64,000 bases of DNA from Nocardioides sp. (GTDB taxonomy: Bacteria; Actinomycetota; Actinomycetes; Propionibacteriales; Nocardioidaceae), in NCBI RefSeq assembly GCF_964228225.1, contig NZ_CAXQZB010000043.1, forward strand, positions 11,610 to 75,609, given 5' to 3'. The translations under genes and the position numbers were made by a program. Under the pieces are notes generated by a model, which was given only the letters and a program-made list of their open reading frames with translations, ran no database searches and was not told the DNA's origin. Shown here piece by piece: positions 48,788 to 57,128 of the stretch. Each line of letters starts with the position of its first letter. The stretch's first letter is position 1.

Positions 48788-49770
48788 GCAACCTCGACCG
48801 GGACCCCCACCCGCCGGAGCCCGTCCCGGCGGGCGGCCCCGGGCCGCAGCTGCTGCGGCCGCGCGACGTCCCGCTCGGCGGGCCGCGGGCGATGACCGTG
48901 CGCCGCACCCTGCCCTCCCGTGAGCGCACGTTCATCGGCGCCTGGTGCTTCGTCGACCACTACGGCCCCGACGACGTCGCCGAGACCGGCGGCATGGTCG
49001 TGGCGCCCCACCCCCACACCGGCCTGGCCACGGTGAGCTGGCTGTTCACCGGCGAGATCGAGCACCGCGACAGCGCCGGCCACCACGCGATGGTGCGCCC
49101 CGGCGAGGTGAACCTGATGACCGCCGGGCGCGGGATCAGCCACTCCGAGGTCTCCACCCCCGGCACCACCGTGCTCCACGGCGCCCAGCTGTGGGTGGCG
49201 CTGCCGGAGGCCGCGCGCGACACCGCCCCGCGCTTCGAGCACCACGCGCCCGACCCGGTGACGGGGGAGGGCTACGAGGCCCGGGTCTTCCTCGGCTCGC
49301 TGCTCGGCGTCACCTCGCCGGTCACCACCGACTCCCCGCTGCTCGGCGTCGAGCTGCTCCTGGAGCCCGGTGCCGCAGTGGAGATCGAGGTCGATCCCGC
49401 CCACGAGCACGGCGTGCTGCTCGACGCCGGCGGGCTCGCGGTCGACGACGTCGTCCTGGCCCCCGGCGACCTCCTCGCCCTCCCGCCCGGCGCCGCGGTA
49501 CGACGGTTCGTCGCGGGCCCCGCGCCGGTGCGGGCGCTGCTGCTCGGCGGCCCGCCGTTCGGGGAGGAGATCGTGATGTGGTGGAACTTCGTGGGCCGCA
49601 CCCACGACGACGTGGTGGCGGCCCGGGAGCAGTGGCAGGCGCAGCTCGGCCCCGAGGGCGAGGGACACCTGGGACTGGTCGACGGCCGGTTCGGGGTCCC
49701 CGTGGGCGCCGACCTCCCGCCGGTGCCCGCGCCCGCCCTCCCCGGCGTGCGGCTGCGTCCCCGCCGTTGA
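48784..49770 (+). CDS. Pirin-family protein
   Basis: Cupin metal site PHPHTGLATVSWLF..GEIEHRDS. GTGA overlap with the upstream molybdoenzyme gene. Confidence 0.85.
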   Translation: MSNLDRDPHPPEPVPAGGPGPQLLRPRDVPLGGPRAMTVRRTLPSRERTFIGAWCFVDHYGPDDVAETGGMVVAPHPHTGLATVSWLFTGEIEHRDSAGHHAMVRPGEVNLMTAGRGISHSEVSTPGTTVLHGAQLWVALPEAARDTAPRFEHHAPDPVTGEGYEARVFLGSLLGVTSPVTTDSPLLGVELLLEPGAAVEIEVDPAHEHGVLLDAGGLAVDDVVLAPGDLLALPPGAAVRRFVAGPAPVRALLLGGPPFGEEIVMWWNFVGRTHDDVVAAREQWQAQLGPEGEGHLGLVDGRFGVPVGADLPPVPAPALPGVRLRPRR

Positions 49771-49771
49771 G

Positions 49772-49834
49772 CGTCGTACCAAGCATCCGGCAGACGATGT
49801 GAGGCGAATCGCCTGCCGGATGCTTGGTACGACG
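49772..49834. repeat. Palindromic intergenic element, copy B (perfect 22-bp arms, 19-nt loop)
   Basis: CGTCGTACCAAGCATCCGGCAG-(19 nt)-CTGCCGGATGCTTGGTACGACG. Begins 2 nt after the pirin stop codon. Homologous to 1589-1649. Confidence 0.8.
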
Positions 49835-49871
49835 TCGGCCGGGGCCCCCGGATCGGCGAGGATGACGCCTC

Positions 49872-50477
49872 GTGGAGGCGGTGATCGGTGAGGACGGCGT
49901 GGCGCGGTGCCCGTGGGCGGCGGCGCCCGGGCTGCTGCGCGACTACCACGACGCCGAGTGGGGCCGCGGCGTCACCGGTGAGGCGGCCTGGTTCGAGCGG
50001 CTGAGCCTGGAGGCCTTCCAGTCCGGGCTCTCCTGGGCGGTCGTGCTGCGCAAGCGGCCCGCCTTCCGGGCCGCGTTCGCGGGGTTCGACGCCGACGTCG
50101 TGGCCGGGTTCGACGACGTCGACCGCGACCGGCTGCTCGCCGACGCCGGCATCGTGCGCAACCGCGCCAAGATCGAGGCGACGATCGCCAACGCCGCGGC
50201 GGTGCGGGAGCTGCGGGCCGAGGGCGGTCTGGAGGTCCACGTGCGCGCGGCCGCGCCGTCGTCGTGGACCCCGGTGCGCGACACCGACGAGCTCCCCACG
50301 ACCTGCCCGGAGTCGGTGGCGCTGGCCCGCGACCTCAAACGGCGCGGTTTCCGGTTCGTCGGCCCCACCACTCTGCACGCCCTGTTCGAGGCGCTCGGGC
50401 TGGTCGAGGCCCACCTGGTCGGCTGCTTCCGCTCGCCCCACGCCCCCGTCGGGGCGCCCGCGGCGGTGGCGCCGTGA
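49872..50477 (+). CDS. tag: DNA-3-methyladenine glycosylase I
   Basis: YHDAEWG, LSLEAFQSGLSW, IVRNRAKI. 201 aa. Confidence 0.85.
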   Translation: MEAVIGEDGVARCPWAAAPGLLRDYHDAEWGRGVTGEAAWFERLSLEAFQSGLSWAVVLRKRPAFRAAFAGFDADVVAGFDDVDRDRLLADAGIVRNRAKIEATIANAAAVRELRAEGGLEVHVRAAAPSSWTPVRDTDELPTTCPESVALARDLKRRGFRFVGPTTLHALFEALGLVEAHLVGCFRSPHAPVGAPAAVAP

Positions 50478-50833
50478 TCCTCGGACTGCTCGCGCTGCTC
50501 GGCTGCCAGCTGGTCGGGGAGGTGCTGGTGCGCCTGCTCGACCTGCCGGTGCCCGGGCCCGTGATCGGCATGGTGGTGCTGCTGGTCCTGCTCGCCTGGC
50601 GCCGGCCGGCCCCCGAAGCCCCGGTGCTGCGGGCCGCCGACGGGCTGCTCGCCCACCTGCAGCTGCTCTTCATCCCCGCGGGCGTCGGCGTCGTCGCCTA
50701 CCTGACGGTGCTGCGCCAGGAGGCCGTCCCGATCGTCGTGGCGATGCTCGGGTCCTGGCTCGCCGGCCTCGTGGTCGTCGGGGGCCTGCTGCAGCTCGCC
50801 GCGCGCCGTCGTCCCGGGAGAGGGGACCGGTGA
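50474..50833 (+). CDS. CidA/LrgA-family holin-like membrane protein
   Basis: 119 aa, four TM segments, LLGCQLVGEVLVRLLDLPVPGPVIGMV and LLFIPAGVGV. GTGA overlap with tag. Confidence 0.75.
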   Translation: MILGLLALLGCQLVGEVLVRLLDLPVPGPVIGMVVLLVLLAWRRPAPEAPVLRAADGLLAHLQLLFIPAGVGVVAYLTVLRQEAVPIVVAMLGSWLAGLVVVGGLLQLAARRRPGRGDR

Positions 50834-51546
50834 GCCGCCTCGAGGAGGTCGGCGAGCTGCTGCGCACCTCCCCGCTCGCCCTGATCGTGCTGACCCTGGC
50901 CTGCTACGAGCTGGGTCGCCGGCTGCGCGAGCGCACCGGTGGCCATCCCGTCGCCCAGCCGACGCTGGTGGCGATGGCCGTGATCTGTCCGCTGCTGCTG
51001 CTCACCGACATCGACTACGACACCTACCGCGCCGCCGTCGACCCGCTGGTGTTCCTGCTCGGGCCCGCCACCGTGGCGCTCGCGGTGCCGCTGTACCGCC
51101 AGGCCCACCGGCTGCGCGGGCGCGTGGGGGCGATGCTGGTCGCGATCCCGGTGGGGGCCGCGGTCTCGATCCTCACCGCCGTCCTGCTCGCCCGGCTCGC
51201 CGGGGGCGAGGAGGTCGTGCAGCGCACCCTGGCCCCGAAGGCCGCCACCACGCCGGTGGCGATCAGCCTCTCCGACCAGCTGGGCGGGCTGCCGCCGCTC
51301 TCGGCGGTCTTCGCGATCCTCATCGGCATCCTCGGCGCGGTGGTCGGCCCGGGCCTGATGACCCGCCTGGGCATCCGCGACGCCGTCGCCCGCGGACTGG
51401 CGCTGGGCTCGGTGAGCCACGGCATCGGCACCAGCCGGCTGCTCCACGACGACGAGGCGCAGGGCGCCTTCGGCGGCCTCGGCATGGGGCTCACCGCGCT
51501 CGCCACGAGCCTGGTGCTGCCGCTGCTGGCGCTCTGGCTGTTCTGA
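50830..51546 (+). CDS. LrgB-family membrane protein
   Basis: 238 aa. LLGPATVALAVPLY, LAPKAATTPVAI, SHGIGT. Overlaps the lrgA-like stop. Confidence 0.8.
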   Translation: MSRLEEVGELLRTSPLALIVLTLACYELGRRLRERTGGHPVAQPTLVAMAVICPLLLLTDIDYDTYRAAVDPLVFLLGPATVALAVPLYRQAHRLRGRVGAMLVAIPVGAAVSILTAVLLARLAGGEEVVQRTLAPKAATTPVAISLSDQLGGLPPLSAVFAILIGILGAVVGPGLMTRLGIRDAVARGLALGSVSHGIGTSRLLHDDEAQGAFGGLGMGLTALATSLVLPLLALWLF

Positions 51547-51605
51547 GGGGCCGCGGCGGCTGTCGTGGGCTGTCGTGGGCTGGTGCGGGCCGCTACCGTC
51601 CGAGC

Positions 51606-53027
51606 ATGACCTCCCCGTCACTCCCGTCCCGTGTCAGCGCCGTGCGCGACGACGCCCTCGGCGACCACGACGCCGTCGGTCTGGCCCGGGCGCTGCAGCG
51701 TCGCGAGGTCGGCGCGGCCGAGGTCGTGGGGGCCGCGCTGGCGCGCGTGGAGGCCGTCGACCCGGCGCTGAACGCGATGGCCCACCGCGACTACGACCGG
51801 GCCCGCAGCCTGGCGATGCGCCCCGGCCAGGGGTTCTTCGCCGGCGTGCCGACGGTGCTCAAGGACAACGTCGACGTCGCCGGGATGCCCACGATGTCCG
51901 GCACCGACGCCTGGCGCCCGCGCCCGGCCGCGGCCGACGGCGACTGGACCCGGATGTACCGCGCCACCGGCCTGCTGCCGCTGGGCAAGAGCCGGCTCTC
52001 GGAGTACGGCTTCCTGCCCACCGCCGAGCACCCGCGCCTGGGTCCGGTGCGCAACCCCTGGGACACCGGGCGCAGCAGCGGGGCGTCCTCCGCGGGGGCG
52101 GCCGCGCTCGTGGCCAGCGGCGCCCTGCCGATCGCCCACGCCAACGACGGCGGCGGCTCGATCCGCATCCCGGCCTCCGCCTGCGGCCTGGTCGGGCTCA
52201 AGCCCACCCGCGGCCGCTTCGCCCAGGACGCGCTGATGCGCCGGATGCCGGTGCGGATCGTCTCCGACGGCGTCCTGACCCGGTCGGTGCGCGACACCGC
52301 GGCCTTCTGCCGCGAGGCCGAGCTGGCCCACCGGGCGCTGCACCTGCGTCCGATCGGCGACGTGACCGGCCCGGCCCCCAAGCGGCTGCGGGTGCGCGTG
52401 GTCACCGCGGCGCTGGGGCAGGAGGTCTCGCCCGAGGTGGCGGCCCGCACGCGCGAGACCGCCGAGCTGCTGGCGAGCCTGGGCCACCACGTCGAGGAGG
52501 AGACCGCCGCGCCGGTGTCGGCGTCCTTCCGCGAGGACTTCCTGCTCTACTGGGCCTTCCTCGGCCTGGTGCTGGTGCGCACCGGCCGCGCCACCCACGG
52601 CGCCACGTGGGACGTGACCCGCCACGACGACTTCACCCTCGGGCTGGCCCGGCACGCCCGCCGTCACCTCCACCGGCTGCCCGGCGCGATCGCCCGGCTG
52701 CGGGCGAGCGCGACCGACTCCGCCGCGTGGTTCCGCCGTTGCGACGTCGTGCTGTCGCCGACGCTGGGCACCGCCACCCCGCCGCTGGGCCACCTCGGTC
52801 CGGACGTGCCCTACGAGGAGCTGCTCGAGCGCACCCTGGGCTGGCTGGCCTTCACCCCGCTGCAGAACGCCACCGGCGACCCGGCGATCTCGCTGCCGCT
52901 GTGCACCACCGGGGACGGGATGCCGCTGGGGATGATGTTCTCCGCGGGGGCCGGTCAGGAGGCCACCCTCCTGCAGGTGGCCTACGAGCTGGAGCAGGCG
53001 CATCCCTTCGCCCGTCTCACGCCCTGA
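51606..53027 (+). CDS. Amidase (amidase-signature family)
   Basis: AS block GGSSGASSAGAAALVA ... NDGGGSIRIPASACGLVGLKPTRGR. 473 aa. Confidence 0.85.
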   Translation: MTSPSLPSRVSAVRDDALGDHDAVGLARALQRREVGAAEVVGAALARVEAVDPALNAMAHRDYDRARSLAMRPGQGFFAGVPTVLKDNVDVAGMPTMSGTDAWRPRPAAADGDWTRMYRATGLLPLGKSRLSEYGFLPTAEHPRLGPVRNPWDTGRSSGASSAGAAALVASGALPIAHANDGGGSIRIPASACGLVGLKPTRGRFAQDALMRRMPVRIVSDGVLTRSVRDTAAFCREAELAHRALHLRPIGDVTGPAPKRLRVRVVTAALGQEVSPEVAARTRETAELLASLGHHVEEETAAPVSASFREDFLLYWAFLGLVLVRTGRATHGATWDVTRHDDFTLGLARHARRHLHRLPGAIARLRASATDSAAWFRRCDVVLSPTLGTATPPLGHLGPDVPYEELLERTLGWLAFTPLQNATGDPAISLPLCTTGDGMPLGMMFSAGAGQEATLLQVAYELEQAHPFARLTP

Positions 53028-53102
53028 GGTGCCGCGACGCCCCTGCTGACCTGCGATGATGCGCTGGAGGTCGAAGTCCGGACCGTCGGGACGGGGCCCG
53101 AT

Positions 53103-53132
53103 TTCACCACCCGCCCACCGACCTTGTATGGT
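53103..53132 (+). promoter_or_regulatory. Candidate promoter for the tRNA-Thr/tRNA-Met(/rpmG) unit
   Basis: TTCACC, then 18 nt, then TATGGT (TANNNT-type -10), ending 11 nt before the tRNA-Thr 5' end. Sequence pattern only. Confidence 0.3.
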
Positions 53133-53143
53133 TCTTCCTCGTT

Positions 53144-53216
53144 GCCCCTTTAGCTCAGTCGGCAGAGCGTCTCCATGGTAAGGAGAAGGTCTACGGTTCG
53201 ATTCCGTAAAGGGGCT
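53144..53216 (+). tRNA. tRNA-Thr (anticodon GGT)
   Basis: Acceptor GCCCCTT/AAGGGGC. Anticodon stem-loop TCTCC-ATGGTAA-GGAGA. T-arm GGTTCGATTCC. 73 nt. Confidence 0.9.
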
Positions 53217-53234
53217 CTGGGTAACCACCACCCT

Positions 53235-53308
53235 GGCGGGGTAGCTCAGGTGGTTAGAGCACACGGCTCATAATCGTGGTGTCGCGGGTTCGAGTCCCGC
53301 CCCCGCTA
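53235..53308 (+). tRNA. tRNA-Met (anticodon CAT, elongator-like)
   Basis: Acceptor GGCGGGG/CCCCGCT. Loop CTCATAA. T-arm GCGGGTTCGAGTCCCGC. It lacks the three G-C pairs of an initiator anticodon stem. Confidence 0.85.
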
Positions 53309-53365
53309 CCGCACGTCCACCGCAGTCGATCCGCACCGATCGCCGCAGCACCGAAGGAACTTCCC

Positions 53366-53536
53366 GTGGCCAGCAAGAGCTCCGACGTCCGCCCCAAGAT
53401 CACGCTCGCCTGCGTGGACTGCAAGGAGCGGAACTACATCACGAAGAAGAACCGCCGCAACGACCCCGACCGGCTCGAGCTGGCCAAGTTCTGCCCGCGG
53501 TGCCGCAAGCACACCGCGCACCGCGAGACCCGCTGA
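53366..53536 (+). CDS. rpmG: 50S ribosomal protein L33 (zinc-ribbon form)
   Basis: 56 aa: [56 protein letters not shown]. Confidence 0.95.
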   Translation: MASKSSDVRPKITLACVDCKERNYITKKNRRNDPDRLELAKFCPRCRKHTAHRETR

Positions 53537-53556
53537 GTCCCGCACCTCGACGTCCC

Positions 53557-53591
53557 GACGGGGCCCCGCCTGAGCCAGGCGGGGCCCCGTC
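53557..53591 (+). terminator. Perfect 14-bp stem hairpin after rpmG
   Basis: GACGGGGCCCCGCC-TGAGCCA-GGCGGGGCCCCGTC, 21 nt after the rpmG stop. No T-tract. Confidence 0.55.
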
Positions 53592-53655
53592 GTCGTCCCC
53601 GGCACGCATCGACGGCGCCGGGCGAGGCGGGCGGCGGGCTCGCTACGGTGGGGGC

Positions 53656-54045
53656 ATGCCCCTGGACGCCGCCGTCGGCCGCCGGTACCGCGCCCCCGCG
53701 CCCTACGTCGTGACCCCCGAGGCCGTCGCGGCCTTCGCCGCCGCGGTCGGTGTCGGGTCCGACGCCGTGCCGCCCACCTTCCCGATCGTGCCGGCGTTCG
53801 TCGCCGTCGGGGAGTTCCTGCGCGCCGAGGACGTCGAGCTGGCCCGCATCGTGCACGGGGAGCAGCGCTTCGCCTACGAGCGCCCCGTGCGGGTCGGCGA
53901 CGTGCTCGACGCCGAGCTGAGCGTGGACCGCGTCCGCTCCCTCGGCGGCAACGACATCATCAGCACCAGCACCGCCCTCACCGACCCCGACGGCGCCCTG
54001 GTGTGCACCGCCGTGGCGACCTTCGTGCACCGGGGTGCGGTGTGA
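53656..54045 (+). CDS. MaoC-like (hot-dog) dehydratase subunit, HadA-like
   Basis: 129 aa hot-dog fold lacking the catalytic motif. Its position after rpmG and its coupling to the next gene mirror the actinobacterial hadA-hadB arrangement. Confidence 0.7.
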   Translation: MPLDAAVGRRYRAPAPYVVTPEAVAAFAAAVGVGSDAVPPTFPIVPAFVAVGEFLRAEDVELARIVHGEQRFAYERPVRVGDVLDAELSVDRVRSLGGNDIISTSTALTDPDGALVCTAVATFVHRGAV

Positions 54046-54449
54046 GCGCCGCGGCGTCCTGGGAGCCCGGCACGACGCTGCCGCCCCAGACCTACCGGAT
54101 CACGCGCGCCGACCTGGCGGCCTACGCCGCCGCGAGCGGCGATCCCAACCCCATCCACCTCGACGAGCAGGTGGCCCTGGCCGTCGGCCTGCCCGGCGTC
54201 ATCGCCCACGGCATGTACACCCTCGCGCTCGCCGCGCGCGCGGTGAGCACCTGGAGCGACGACGCACCGGTGCTCGAGCTCGGCGCCAAGTTCACCGCGC
54301 CGGTGGTGGTCGACGCCGAGCAGGGCGCCGTCGTCACGGTCGCCGGCACGGTCAAGGACGTCGCCGACGGCGTGGCGACCCTCGCCCTCGACGTCCGCTG
54401 CGGGGAGGGCACCGTCCTCGGCGTTCCCCGGGCCCGGATCCGTGTCTGA
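54042..54449 (+). CDS. MaoC-like (R)-specific dehydratase subunit, HadB-like
   Basis: Hydratase-2 motif ASGDPNPIHLDEQVALAVGLPGVIAHGM. GTGA overlap with the upstream gene. Confidence 0.8.
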   Translation: MSAAASWEPGTTLPPQTYRITRADLAAYAAASGDPNPIHLDEQVALAVGLPGVIAHGMYTLALAARAVSTWSDDAPVLELGAKFTAPVVVDAEQGAVVTVAGTVKDVADGVATLALDVRCGEGTVLGVPRARIRV

Positions 54450-55470
54450 GGGCCCCGCCGTGCTCCTGCGCGACCACACCACGCTGCGCGTGGGCGGCCC
54501 GGCCCGCCACTGGGTCGAGGCCACCACCGAGGCCGAGCTCCTCGCCGCCGTCACGGCCGCCGAGGACCGCGGCGAGCCCGTGCTCGTGCTCGGCGGAGGC
54601 AGCAACCTGCTCGTCGGCGACGACGGCGTGCCCGGCACGGTCGTGAAGGTGGCCACCCGCGGGATCCGCGAGGACGTCGACACCTGCAGCGGCGCCACCG
54701 TCACGGTCGCCGCGGGGGAGGAGTGGGACGCGCTGGTGGCGCACGCCGTCGCCCGGGGCTGGGTGGGGGTCGAGACCCTGGCCGGGATCCCGGGCTCGGT
54801 GGGGGCGGTGCCGGTGCAGAACGTCGGGGCCTACGGCGCCGAGGTCGCCCAGGTCATCGCGCGGGTGCGGGCCTACGACCGGCACGAGCGACGCGTCGTG
54901 ACCCGCAGTGCGCCCGAGTGCGGCTTCGGCTACCGCACCTCGGTGTTCAAGGCCGAGCCCGACCGTCACGTCGTGCTCGACGTGACCTTCCAGCTGCGCC
55001 TGGGCGACCTCTCGGCGCCGGTCGCCTACGCCGAGCTGGCCCGCACCCTCGGGGTCGCGGAGGGGGCGCGCGCGCCGCTGGCTCAGGTGCGCGAGGCCGT
55101 GCTGGGACTGCGGCGGGGCAAGGGCATGGTGCTCGACGCCGCCGACCACGACACCTGGAGTGCGGGCTCGTTCTTCACCAACCCGGTCCTGCCTCCTGAC
55201 GCGGTGCCCGCCGGCGCCCCGGCCTGGCCCCAGCCGGACGGCCGGGTCAAGACCAGCGCCGCCTGGCTCATCGAGCACGCCGGCTTCGCGCGGGGACACG
55301 GCGCGGGACGGGCCACGCTGTCCACGAAGCACACCCTGGCCCTCACCAACCGCGGAGCGGCCGCCGCCAGCGACGTGCTGGCGCTGGCCCGCGAGGTCCG
55401 TGACGGCGTGCGGTCCCGGTTCGGGATCGACCTCGACCCCGAACCGGTGCTCGTCGGCTGCGCCCTCTGA
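54442..55470 (+). CDS. murB: UDP-N-acetylenolpyruvoylglucosamine reductase
   Basis: TTLRVGGPA, LVLGGGSNLLV, GIPGSVGAVPVQNVGAYG, AGSFFTNP. 342 aa. Confidence 0.9.
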   Translation: MSEGPAVLLRDHTTLRVGGPARHWVEATTEAELLAAVTAAEDRGEPVLVLGGGSNLLVGDDGVPGTVVKVATRGIREDVDTCSGATVTVAAGEEWDALVAHAVARGWVGVETLAGIPGSVGAVPVQNVGAYGAEVAQVIARVRAYDRHERRVVTRSAPECGFGYRTSVFKAEPDRHVVLDVTFQLRLGDLSAPVAYAELARTLGVAEGARAPLAQVREAVLGLRRGKGMVLDAADHDTWSAGSFFTNPVLPPDAVPAGAPAWPQPDGRVKTSAAWLIEHAGFARGHGAGRATLSTKHTLALTNRGAAAASDVLALAREVRDGVRSRFGIDLDPEPVLVGCAL

Positions 55471-55500
55471 CCGCCGCCCCCGGCGGTGTGGGAGACGGCG

Positions 55501-56034
55501 TCAGTAGCTGCTGGTGTCGTCGAAGCCGCCGTTGGCAGCGACGATGATGATCACCACGACGGCGGCGATCGCCAGGACGAGCAGGATCGTGCCGATGATG
55601 CCGAGGATGAAGCCGGTGAGCGCGAACCCGCGCCCGCCGAGGGTGCCCTGTGAGCGGTCGATGCGCTTCATCGAGATCCGGCCCAGCACCAGGGCGACGG
55701 GCGAGCCCAGCAGGCCGATGCCGTAGCCGCAGGCCAGCACGAAGGACACGATGCCGACGACCATCGAGGCCACGCTCAGGCTCTCGTTCGGTGGTGCCGG
55801 GGTGTAGAGCCCCGCGCCGTAGGGGGAGCCGTACGGGGCCTGTCCGTAGGCCGGCTGGCCGTAGGCGGGCTGGCCGTACGGGGCCTGGCCGTAGGTGGGC
55901 TGGCCGTAGGCCCCCGGGTCCTGCGGTGCAGGCGGCAGGTCGGAGACCGGCCGGCCCGCGCCGGTCTCGTCCGCGGGGCCGCTCGCGTCGGGCTTGGCCC
56001 AGGGGTCGGGGGAGAAGTCACCGGGGGTGGTCAT
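55501..56034 (-). CDS. DUF4190-like membrane protein with YGQ(P/A)x pentapeptide repeats
   Basis: The N-terminal half is Pro/Tyr/Gly/Gln repeats. The C-terminal half has two TM segments (MVVGIVSFVLACGYGIG...GFILGIIGTILLVLAI). Confidence 0.7.
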   Translation of the reverse strand: MTTPGDFSPDPWAKPDASGPADETGAGRPVSDLPPAPQDPGAYGQPTYGQAPYGQPAYGQPAYGQAPYGSPYGAGLYTPAPPNESLSVASMVVGIVSFVLACGYGIGLLGSPVALVLGRISMKRIDRSQGTLGGRGFALTGFILGIIGTILLVLAIAAVVVIIIVAANGGFDDTSSY

Positions 56035-56098
56035 GGCGGCATTGTGCCCTCCGCCCTCCGATCCACGCCGCCCGCACCCGCTCCCGGGGCAGGTCGGC

Positions 56099-57109
56099 TC
56101 AGGAGGCCAGCCAGGCGTCGACGTCGGCCAGCGCCCGGGCGCGGACGTCCTGGGGGGCGCGGGAGGCGGCGAAGGACATCCGGGCCAGGGTGGCCAGGGT
56201 GGCGTCGTCGAGCTCGTGGGCGGCGCGCATCGTGGCGTACTGACCGGCCAGCCGGGAGCCGAAGAGCAGGGGGTCGTCGGCGCCGAGCGCCACGGTGGCG
56301 CCCGCCGCGAGCAGCTGGGGCACCGGTACCGAGGTGAGGTCGCTGTAGACCCCGAGCGCCACGTTGGAGGTGGGGCAGACCTCGAGCGCCACCCCGCGCT
56401 CGACGACGTCGGCGAGCACCGCGGGATCCTCGACCGACCGCACGCCGTGGCCGAGTCGGTCGGCGTGCAGCACGTCCAGGCACGTGCGCACGTGCTCGGC
56501 GCCGCGCAGCTCACCGCCGTGCGGCACCAGCAGGAGTCCGGCCCGGCGGGCGATGTCGAAGGCCCCGGCGAACTCCTCGGTGCGGCCGCGGCGCTCGTCG
56601 TTGGAGAGCCCGAACCCGATCACGCCGCGCCCGGCGTACTGCGCGGCCAGACGGGCCAGGGTGCGGGCGTCGAGCGGGTGGCGGGTGCGGTTGGCCGCGA
56701 TCACCACGCCGATGCCCAGGCCCGTGGCCGCGGAGGCCTCGCGCACCGCGTCGAGGACGAGGTCGGTGAAGGCGGTGATGCCGCCGAACCGCGCGGCGTA
56801 CCCGCTGGGGTCGACCTGCAGCTCCAGCCACCGGCCGCCGTCGCGGACGTCGTCCTCGGCGGCCTCGCGCACCAGCCGGCGCACGTCGTCCTCGGTGCGC
56901 AGCACCGACCGGGCGACGTCGTAGAGCCGCTGGAACCGGAACCAGCCCTTCTCGTCGGCCGCGCTGAGCACCGGCGGCCAGTCGTGCTCGAGGGCGTCCG
57001 GGAGGGGGATCGCGTCGCGGGCCGCGAGCTCGAGCAGCGTGGCGTGCCGCATCGAGCCGGTGAAGTGCAGGTGCAGGTGCGCCTTCGGCAGCGCGTCCAG
57101 CGGCCTCAC
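56099..57109 (-). CDS. Adenosine deaminase-family protein
   Basis: LPKAHLHLHFTGS, VPHGGE, and LGADDP near the C-terminus. 336 aa. Confidence 0.8.
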   Translation of the reverse strand: MRPLDALPKAHLHLHFTGSMRHATLLELAARDAIPLPDALEHDWPPVLSAADEKGWFRFQRLYDVARSVLRTEDDVRRLVREAAEDDVRDGGRWLELQVDPSGYAARFGGITAFTDLVLDAVREASAATGLGIGVVIAANRTRHPLDARTLARLAAQYAGRGVIGFGLSNDERRGRTEEFAGAFDIARRAGLLLVPHGGELRGAEHVRTCLDVLHADRLGHGVRSVEDPAVLADVVERGVALEVCPTSNVALGVYSDLTSVPVPQLLAAGATVALGADDPLLFGSRLAGQYATMRAAHELDDATLATLARMSFAASRAPQDVRARALADVDAWLAS

Positions 57110-57128
57110 GAGGGACCCGGCCCCGGGC

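Noticed and set aside
45169-49770. 1533-aa plus-strand ORF spanning four annotated genes.
   Set aside because: Only the last 328 aa (pirin, from the GTG at 48784) are real. The rest is an out-of-frame or antisense read-through of the DDN, membrane-protein and YdeP-like genes, with Arg/Gly/Pro-rich sequence.
53656-54449. The HadA/HadB-like pair considered as evidence for mycolic-acid synthesis.
   Set aside because: There is no hadC-like third gene. As far as I recall, the rpmG-MaoC-MaoC-murB ... aminotransferase-secE-nusG order is also found in non-mycolate actinomycetes, so the pair alone says nothing about mycolates.
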